A DNA stretch of 28,305 nt from contig JBDRPD010000107.1 of NCBI GenBank assembly GCA_043827405.1, forward strand, positions 1 through 28,305, in the 5' to 3' direction. Shown here in pieces: positions 18,118 through 24,506 of the stretch. The position numbers and the translations under genes are program-made. The DNA comes from Elusimicrobiota bacterium (lineage in GTDB: Bacteria > Elusimicrobiota > Elusimicrobia > UBA1565). How positions within the stretch are numbered: position 1 is the first letter of the stretch; the number at the start of each line of letters is the position of its first letter. The notes under the pieces were generated by a model that searched no databases, was not told the origin of the DNA, and was given only the letters and a program-made list of their open reading frames with translations.

Positions 18118-19280
18118 AAGGGCTCGTCTACCTGGATAACGGCGCCACCTCCTTCCCCAAACCGGAAGAGGTGTATACCTTCATGAACCAGTGGTACCGG
18201 CAGCTGGGGGTTAACCCCGGCCGCTCGGGCTTCGACATGTGCCTGGAAGCGGGCGAGGTGGTCGACGGAACGCGCAAGCTGCTGACTAAGTTCTTCAACG
18301 GCGGGAATTCGGAGCGGCTCTGCTACTCCTACAACTCGACCGACGCCCTTAACCTGGTCATCTTCGGGATGCTTAAAGCGGGCGATCATGCGATCACCAC
18401 GACCGTCGAGCATAACTCGGTGCTGCGTCCGCTCTATCACCTGAGCCGGGACAGCGGCGTGGACGTGGATTATGTTCCGTTCGACGCCAAAGGCTTCGTC
18501 GACCCCGGCGACTTCAAGAAGCTGTTTAGGCCCAATACCAAGCTGGTCATCGTCAATCATGCGTCCAACGTTATCGGCACCATCCAGCCGGTCAAGGAGA
18601 TCGGAAGGCTGTGCCGTGAGCGGGGCATTCCCTTTGCCATCGACGCTTCGCAGTCCGCGGGCAAAATCCCGATCGACATCGAGGAGATGAATATCGACAT
18701 CGTCGTCTTCACCGGCCATAAGTCGCTGATGGGGCCGACCGGCATCGGCGGCCTCTATGTGCGGGAAGGGATCGATGTCCGCCTTACCCGCGCCGGCGGA
18801 ACCGGGGTGCGCTCGGCGGTGCGGACGCATCTCGAGGAGTATCCGTTTCGGCTTGAGTACGGGACGCCCAATACCATCGGCATCGCGGGGCTTAACGCGG
18901 GAGTCCGGTGGCTGCTCAAGGAGGGGATTGAGAAGATCCACGCCCATGAGATGCGGCTGACCGCGAAGCTGCGCGACGGGCTTGAGGATATTCCCGGCGT
19001 CACCCTCTACTGCCAGGATGACCTGAAGAACCATATCGGCGTCCTGCTGTTCAACGTCGACGGATTTGAGGCGCTGAATACGGGGACCATGCTCGATGTG
19101 GATTACAATATCGCCTGCCGTACGGGGCTGCATTGCGCGCCGCTGGTCCATGAGCGGCTGGGGACCGCCAAGATCCACGGCGCCGCGCGCTTCGGCGTCG
19201 GACCCTTTAACACCGATCAGGATATCGAGACGGCGATCGGCGCGGTCAAGGAGATCGCCGCCGCCCGGGCGGGCAAATAG
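18114..19280 (+). CDS. Class V aminotransferase, cysteine desulfurase/selenocysteine lyase family
   Basis: YLDNGATSFPKP, EHNSV, DASQSAG, PLP-Lys motif FTGHK and RTGLHCAP. ATGA overlap with the Mo subunit. Confidence 0.9.
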   Translation: MKGLVYLDNGATSFPKPEEVYTFMNQWYRQLGVNPGRSGFDMCLEAGEVVDGTRKLLTKFFNGGNSERLCYSYNSTDALNLVIFGMLKAGDHAITTTVEHNSVLRPLYHLSRDSGVDVDYVPFDAKGFVDPGDFKKLFRPNTKLVIVNHASNVIGTIQPVKEIGRLCRERGIPFAIDASQSAGKIPIDIEEMNIDIVVFTGHKSLMGPTGIGGLYVREGIDVRLTRAGGTGVRSAVRTHLEEYPFRLEYGTPNTIGIAGLNAGVRWLLKEGIEKIHAHEMRLTAKLRDGLEDIPGVTLYCQDDLKNHIGVLLFNVDGFEALNTGTMLDVDYNIACRTGLHCAPLVHERLGTAKIHGAARFGVGPFNTDQDIETAIGAVKEIAAARAGK

Positions 19281-19281
19281 C

Positions 19282-20556
19282 ATGCGCTTCGCGCTGCTTT
19301 CACTTCTTCTTCTGCTGCCCGTTTCCGTGCAGGCGCAAAGCAGTCTCGAGGAGCGCGTCCAGGCGCTTGAAGAGCGCTTGGCGCTCACCGAGAAGCTGAG
19401 CTCGATCGGCGCCCACTCCGACGTTCTTATCGCCCGCTGGGAGCATGGTCTGCGCCTGGAAAGCCCGGACGGCACGGTCATGCTCAATCTCGGCGGGCGG
19501 CTCAATGTCGACTGGGCGTTTATGAGCGAGGACGACGCGCTGGAGCGGCGCTTCGGCAATTTTGACGACGGGGTGCAGTTTCGCCGGGCGCGGCTGTACC
19601 TGAGCGGCACCTTGTACCGGCGCATTATCTTCAAGACCGCTTTCAACTTCAATGCCGGCGCAGCCGAGTATAAGGACCTTTTCATCGGCATCAAGGACCT
19701 GCCGTATGCCGGGACCTTCATGACCGGCCACTTCAAGGAGCCCTTCGGCTTCGAGCAGCTGACCAGCGGCAAGTTCCTCATGTTCATGGAGCGCGGCCTG
19801 ACCGACGCGCTGGTCCCCGGCCGCAATGCGGGCATCGCCTTCTCCAATACCTTGGCGGACAAGAGCGCCACCTGGCAGGCGGGATTTTTTCGCGACACCG
19901 ATAATTTCGGCCGCAGCACCCCCGGCGGCGCCTACGCCTTTACCGGCCGCATGACCGTCCTCACCCGCTATGAGGACGGCGGCCGCCGGCTCGGCCACTT
20001 CGGCACCTCGTTCAGCATCCGTAATCCGCAGCACGATACGGCTTCCTTCGCGGCCGCCCCGGAGGCCGGCCTGGCCCCGGATGTCATCGCGACGGGGGAT
20101 GTCCCCGCCGAAAACGTGCGTTTGGGCGGTATCGAGGTCGCCGCGGTAAGAGGGCCGCTCTCGGTGCAGAGCGAGGCGGTGCTGGGGCGCATCATCGGCG
20201 CCAATGGAGCGAAGGACCCGCTGCTGTGGGGGCATTATGTCGGCGCCGCCTATTTCCTGACCGGCGAGCATCGTACCTACAATAAGGAGCTCGGCGTCTT
20301 CAGCCGGGTGAATCCTTCGCGCAATTTCGGCGCGGACGGCGGCTGGGGGGCCTGGGAGGTCGCGGCGCGCTTATCGCGGCTCGATTTCGATGATATCGAC
20401 GAGGGCGTGCGCGGCGGCATGCTTTACGACGTCACCTTGGGCGTCAACTGGTATCTGCGTTCCAATACCCGCATGACCTTGAACTATGTCTACGCCAATC
20501 CGCGCGGGCCGGGCCAGGCGAATATGGTCCTGACGCGCTTCCAGTTGGATTTTTAA
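19282..20556 (+). CDS. OprO/OprP-family anion-selective outer-membrane porin
   Basis: Signal peptide plus coiled-coil leader, FRRARL, GHFKEPFGFEQLTS, FMER, YFLTGEHR, GAWEVAAR, GVNWY and C-terminal RFQLDF. Confidence 0.88.
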   Translation: MRFALLSLLLLLPVSVQAQSSLEERVQALEERLALTEKLSSIGAHSDVLIARWEHGLRLESPDGTVMLNLGGRLNVDWAFMSEDDALERRFGNFDDGVQFRRARLYLSGTLYRRIIFKTAFNFNAGAAEYKDLFIGIKDLPYAGTFMTGHFKEPFGFEQLTSGKFLMFMERGLTDALVPGRNAGIAFSNTLADKSATWQAGFFRDTDNFGRSTPGGAYAFTGRMTVLTRYEDGGRRLGHFGTSFSIRNPQHDTASFAAAPEAGLAPDVIATGDVPAENVRLGGIEVAAVRGPLSVQSEAVLGRIIGANGAKDPLLWGHYVGAAYFLTGEHRTYNKELGVFSRVNPSRNFGADGGWGAWEVAARLSRLDFDDIDEGVRGGMLYDVTLGVNWYLRSNTRMTLNYVYANPRGPGQANMVLTRFQLDF

Positions 20557-20619
20557 GCGCGCAGTAATTTATCCGCCGCCAGCGGCACTTATGATAACGT
20601 CGGATAAGGGAGAAGCAAT

Positions 20620-21117
20620 ATGAGAGCATTCGCGAACTACTGCGCCGCCTTGCTGTTGACCGCCGCGCTGTCCACCTATGTCTACGCGCACTGCCAGGTG
20701 CCCTGCGGCATCTACGGCGACCAGCTGCGTATCGAGACGCTGATGGAGCACTATGTCACCATCGCCAAATCGGCCAAGCAGATCCGCGAGCTGTCCAAGG
20801 CGAAGGACAAGGACTACAACCAAGTCGTGCGCTGGGTAAACAACAAGGAAAAGCATGCCGACGAGGTCGCCCATATCGTGACCTACTACTTCATGGCGCA
20901 GCGGGTGAAGCCGCCCAAGGAAGGCGGCGAGGCGGCGATCCACAGCTACCGCAGGAAGTTCGTGCTGCTGCATGAGATGCTGATCGAGGCGATGAAGAGC
21001 AAGCAGTCGGCGGAGGATGAGCCCGTGCAGCAGCTGCGCAAGCTGACCCTGCAGTTTCACGAGGCCTATTTTACCGACGCCGACAAGAAGCACCTGGAGC
21101 AGCACCAACTGAAGTGA
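20620..21117 (+). CDS. sodN: Nickel-containing superoxide dismutase precursor
   Basis: Ni-hook HCQVPCGIY directly after the hydrophobic leader ending VYA, plus RWVNNKEKHA and YFMAQRVK. Confidence 0.92.
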   Translation: MRAFANYCAALLLTAALSTYVYAHCQVPCGIYGDQLRIETLMEHYVTIAKSAKQIRELSKAKDKDYNQVVRWVNNKEKHADEVAHIVTYYFMAQRVKPPKEGGEAAIHSYRRKFVLLHEMLIEAMKSKQSAEDEPVQQLRKLTLQFHEAYFTDADKKHLEQHQLK

Positions 21118-21127
21118 GGAGGACGCA

Positions 21128-21640
21128 ATGGCAACAGTGAAATTTAAAGGCGGTCCGGTCAAGCTGGCCGGAGATGAGATAAAAGTCGGCGACGCGGCTC
21201 CCGCGGTGACTCTCGCGGCGGCTGATCTGTCCGATAAGAAGGTGGGCGGGGCGCAGAGCAAGGCCCAGCTCCTGGTTTCCGTGCCGTCGCTGGATACTCC
21301 GGTCTGCGCCACCGAGACCCGCAAGTTCAATCAGGAGGCGGGAGCGGTGGAGGGCGGCGAGGTCATGGTCGTGTCCATGGACCTGCCTTTCGCGGCCGGC
21401 CGCTTCTGCACTACCGAGGGCGTCAAGAACCTGACCGTCTGCTCGGACTTCCGCAAGAAGGCTTTCGCCAAGGCCTACGGCGTGCTGATCGATGAAGGGC
21501 CGCTGGCCTGCTTGACCGCGCGCGCGGTATTCGTGGTGGGCAAGGACGGCAAGGTCGCCTACAAAGAGCTGGTCGAGGAGATTACCGCGGAGCCGAACTA
21601 CGCCGCGGCTCTTGAGGCGTTCAAGAAAGCCGCGGCGTAG
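21128..21640 (+). CDS. tpx: Thiol peroxidase (atypical 2-Cys peroxiredoxin)
   Basis: VPSLDTPVCATETRKFN, SMDLPFA..RFC, ARAVFVV and EPNY. SD GAGGAGG. Confidence 0.95.
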   Translation: MATVKFKGGPVKLAGDEIKVGDAAPAVTLAAADLSDKKVGGAQSKAQLLVSVPSLDTPVCATETRKFNQEAGAVEGGEVMVVSMDLPFAAGRFCTTEGVKNLTVCSDFRKKAFAKAYGVLIDEGPLACLTARAVFVVGKDGKVAYKELVEEITAEPNYAAALEAFKKAAA

Positions 21641-21649
21641 GTCCGGGTC

Positions 21650-22321
21650 TTAGAACAGGGGACCGGCGGAGCCGCCGTCCCAGTAACCGCCGCCGGAGTC
21701 CCGGCCGCCCCCGTCCCAGGGGTCGCCGTGGACGTCGTCCGGTCCGGGCGTCGTGTCGCGGCGCGGGTTGCCCAGATCGTCGAGGTCGCCGGTGCCGATC
21801 GGATCGGCGTCATCGCGCGGCTGATCGGGCATCTCCGAGTCCCGCTCCTCGGTTTTTGCGCTGTGGATGCGCACGCCGATCGGGGTCGCTACGATCGGCC
21901 GGCCGGGTTGCTCGGGGTAGTCGAACCGGTAGCGCAGCTTTGAGCGCACCGCATGGGCGCGCAGCGAAGTCGCGGTCAGGCAAACCTTGAATGTTTCCTT
22001 GCGCGTCTGCTGTGTGGCCTTGATCCGAACCTTGCGCCGCTCGGTCCGCGTGCGGTCGGTCCAGCATTCGCTGCCGTGGCAGAACTCCTGGTATTGGGAG
22101 CTCTCCAGCCATACCGGCTGCGACAGCGTCTGCCGTCCGTCGAGGGTCACCTGCTTGCAGCCGGTCACCCAATAGGCCGCCGGCATGCGCCGCTGCGGGT
22201 TAGCGAAAGAAGAGGTTCGGAACTCCGTCAGGGTTTGCTTTACGTCGGCGGCCTGCTCGAGCGTCGGCGTCGCCGCCATCGCGGGCAGGCTGAGTAGAAC
22301 AACTATAGTAAGGGCCTTCAT
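21650..22321 (-). CDS. Secreted hypothetical protein with four Cys and an Asp/Gly-rich tail
   Basis: SD GGAGGTGG before ATG22321. Signal peptide MKALTIVVLLSLPAMA. Tail contains WDGG twice. Confidence 0.7.
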   Translation of the reverse strand: MKALTIVVLLSLPAMAATPTLEQAADVKQTLTEFRTSSFANPQRRMPAAYWVTGCKQVTLDGRQTLSQPVWLESSQYQEFCHGSECWTDRTRTERRKVRIKATQQTRKETFKVCLTATSLRAHAVRSKLRYRFDYPEQPGRPIVATPIGVRIHSAKTEERDSEMPDQPRDDADPIGTGDLDDLGNPRRDTTPGPDDVHGDPWDGGGRDSGGGYWDGGSAGPLF

Positions 22322-22352
22322 ACACCACCTCCGGGAGAGCACATTGTACCGC

Positions 22353-22412
22353 CGAAGGGCCCAGGGAAATAGAGACGAAGGGCCCAGGGTCACTATAGGA
22401 CCTTTGGTCCCA
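22353..22412. repeat. 14-bp direct repeat plus palindrome upstream of the secreted hypothetical gene
   Basis: CGAAGGGCCCAGGG at 22353 and 22376 (23-bp period). GGACC-TTT-GGTCC at 22398-22410. Confidence 0.6.
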
Positions 22413-22496
22413 CTATTTCGCCGCGAATTCGCCAGGAATTCACCGGGTAAGGCATGTGGATCAAGCTAAAAATGCTTATTAAAGCGTGTATTTTTA

Positions 22497-22537
22497 AATT
22501 GACCCGAATTGGCCCCAAATTGGCCCGAATTGGCCAC
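22497..22537. repeat. Four tandem 10-11-bp repeats
   Basis: AATTGACCCG AATTGGCCCCA AATTGGCCCG AATTGGCCAC. Confidence 0.8.
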
Positions 22538-22561
22538 TTTGAGGAAAGCAAGGAGAAGGTC

Positions 22562-23995
22562 TTATTTCTCGGAGGCCTTTCTTCTCCTCTTGAACGCCCA
22601 CCGGGCTCCGCGGCCATGACCCCACGTTTCGACAAGACCAAAGTTCTTAAGCAGGCTCAATTCTCTTCGCAGGGTTCGCTTGTCGGATGACTTTCCGATT
22701 AAGGTCCCCAGTTCTCTCAATGACAACGTTCCGCCCGAGCCCAGCGCGCCCAGGATTTTCCGCTGGCGGGCGGTCAGGTCTTGGCCGATCCTCTTAGGCG
22801 GGTGGTAGCGGCTCGGCTTGAAGCGGATGATCAGGGTGCCGGCCGACTGCTCGATCTCCGGTCGGGGAAGGCCGGCCCTCTGGGCGAGCTCGGCAATCTT
22901 CTGGGTGCCGCGGCCCCAGGTCTCGATGATCCCTCGTTTGTAGAACACGTTGGCGATGATCGGGTTCCAGGGGCGAGACTCATGCCGCTTGAAGAGATCG
23001 TCGACGATGAGGCCGAAATGCAGTTCTCCCGGCGAGGTTATCTCAAGGCGGTCGTCGTAGATGGCGACGCCGATTGAGCCGCCGCTGATGGAATAGTCAC
23101 GGTGGCAAATGGCGTTCGCCAGGGCTTCCCTCAGCGCCGACGGCGGATACAGCGGATCGTCCTCACGCTCGAAAAGATTGGGGACGATGCGGCCGGCGAC
23201 AGGCAAGTGATCCCGCATGAACCGCTCGGCTCTCAACAATAGGTCGAAGGCGTTGCCGTGGTACTGCCGGTTGTCGATGAATTCCGTCTTGTCCGTCCCC
23301 TCGAACCGGGCGAGGCGCAGGAGGCACTGCGGATAGTCGGGGAGCAGGCGCTCCGAGTCTGCAAACAACGCCACGGCGGCGCGAAGAATCTGCCCGTCCT
23401 TTATCAGCGTCAGCCCGCGCAGGATCTCCTTGGGATCGCGCGTGCCGGGGTCTTCCGAGCGGCCGCGCCGGATAGCCTCTTCGAGCGTCCGTACGATCTC
23501 GGCTTTGTTTAGATCCTCGACGGCCCATTCTGGCGCCGGCTGGTTTTCCCAGCGTTCGGTGTTGTGGAGCCGCTCTAGCAGCAGGCGGTTGTACTCGTCG
23601 CGCGAGAGCTCGAAGTTCGCGGCGCCGCTTCGCCGATAGGCTTTGCCGTGGAAGGAATAGGGGTATTGGAACCCGCGCTCGACAGCGGCGACGACGACCT
23701 CCTTGCCGCCTCCTACGGCGACGCGGTCGATGGTTGGGAACACCGCCGGCTCGATACAGTTGAACTCCGTAGCGACATCCTCGAGCGTCTTGTCCGAGAC
23801 GTCCTGGCCGCGCACTTCTTGGGCCGGGGTCACGCCGAATAGGACGCGACCGCCCCGGTGGTTGAGCATGGCGCAGATCGTCCTTGCGGCATCCGTGCGC
23901 CGGCCGGTCGTGCTCTTAAACTCCTTGATTTCGGACTCGCCGTGGGCGGCCCAGGCCTGAATCTGTTCTGAGGTAAGGGGCATTTCCTGGGGCAT
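22562..23995 (-). CDS. AlbA_2 (Schlafen-like) + HATPase_c_4 ('RecG C-terminal-like') + winged-HTH protein
   Basis: GESEIKEFK, ICAMLNHRGGRVLFGV, YPPSALREALANAICHRDY, IYDDRLEITSPG, NPIIANVF..GIIETWGRG and C-terminal HTH ending GHGRGARW. Start is ATG23995 or ATG23983. Confidence 0.88.
   Translation of the reverse strand: MPQEMPLTSEQIQAWAAHGESEIKEFKSTTGRRTDAARTICAMLNHRGGRVLFGVTPAQEVRGQDVSDKTLEDVATEFNCIEPAVFPTIDRVAVGGGKEVVVAAVERGFQYPYSFHGKAYRRSGAANFELSRDEYNRLLLERLHNTERWENQPAPEWAVEDLNKAEIVRTLEEAIRRGRSEDPGTRDPKEILRGLTLIKDGQILRAAVALFADSERLLPDYPQCLLRLARFEGTDKTEFIDNRQYHGNAFDLLLRAERFMRDHLPVAGRIVPNLFEREDDPLYPPSALREALANAICHRDYSISGGSIGVAIYDDRLEITSPGELHFGLIVDDLFKRHESRPWNPIIANVFYKRGIIETWGRGTQKIAELAQRAGLPRPEIEQSAGTLIIRFKPSRYHPPKRIGQDLTARQRKILGALGSGGTLSLRELGTLIGKSSDKRTLRRELSLLKNFGLVETWGHGRGARWAFKRRRKASEK
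23808..23925. repeat. Copy 1 of an exact direct repeat of at least 118 bp
   Basis: Identical to 28188-28305 (offset 4380). Confidence 0.95.
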
Positions 23996-24076
23996 ATTAC
24001 TGGTACGAGCGACGGGCCGCGTAGTTCCATGGCTCACCATGCTCGCCGTCTGACCCATTTAGTAGAATCCCTGAGC

Positions 24077-24114
24077 GGGCAAGTGGCGGAATGGCAGACG
24101 CTGCGGACTTAAAA
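24077..24114 (+). pseudogene. 5' half of tRNA-Leu(TAA), truncated after the anticodon loop (att-site remnant)
   Basis: GGGCAAG-TG-GCGGAATGGCAGACGC-T-GCGGA-CTTAAAA gives the acceptor 5' strand, a Leu-type D arm, the anticodon stem 5' strand and the loop. The next bases are ACGAT instead of TCCGY, with no T arm. -10 TAGAAT at 24063-24068. Confidence 0.85.
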
Positions 24115-24132
24115 ACGATGCCCCGCCTTTCT

Positions 24133-24277
24133 TGCGTGTAGAAAACCCCCGTCGAAAAGCCCGATCCCCGACGAGAAATGCGTGTAGAGGCTCTTCCCTA
24201 GACTTCCCGTCCCTTCCCCGCTTTTCCTGGTTTTGTGATATGGTTTGGCCACGTCTTGGCCACAGGGATGCGTGTAG
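24133..24277. repeat. Clustered short repeats next to the tRNA fragment (candidate recombinase arm/accessory sites)
   Basis: TGCGTGTAG at 24133, 24179 and 24269. TTGGCCAC at 24245 and 24256. Confidence 0.6.
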
Positions 24278-24506
24278 CGAAACCTCCTGACACCCCGCCG
24301 CCCGCACCGGAAGCTCTAGGCGCCTGCCGGCGTCGGACTCCGGTGTACGTGCCGCCATCATCGGGGCCACCTGGCCTTCGAGATGCAAATCTTCGCGGCC
24401 GCCATGCTGAAGCCGAACGGAGAAAGGGCGCTGATGAAGGTGCCTTCGGCCCGGCCTCCCGAAGCGACCGCTGGCGTAGTCCCTCCCGGCAAGCTACACT
24501 TGGGCC

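Noticed and set aside
12057..21640. Selenocysteine (in-frame TGA) in the Mo-hydroxylase, desulfurase or peroxiredoxin genes
   Set aside because: All frames are uninterrupted and the catalytic positions are Cys codons.
22353..22537. CRISPR array
   Set aside because: The repeats are 10-14 bp, lack unique 30-40-bp spacers, and no cas genes are present.
24077..24170. Intact or intron-containing tRNA-Leu
   Set aside because: No 3' anticodon stem, variable arm, TTC loop or acceptor 3' strand was found. The break is after the whole loop, not at the group I intron position inside it.
24059..24506. Integrase gene or remnant next to the tRNA fragment
   Set aside because: No R-H-R-H-Y or serine-recombinase motifs in any listed frame; the short ORFs look non-coding.
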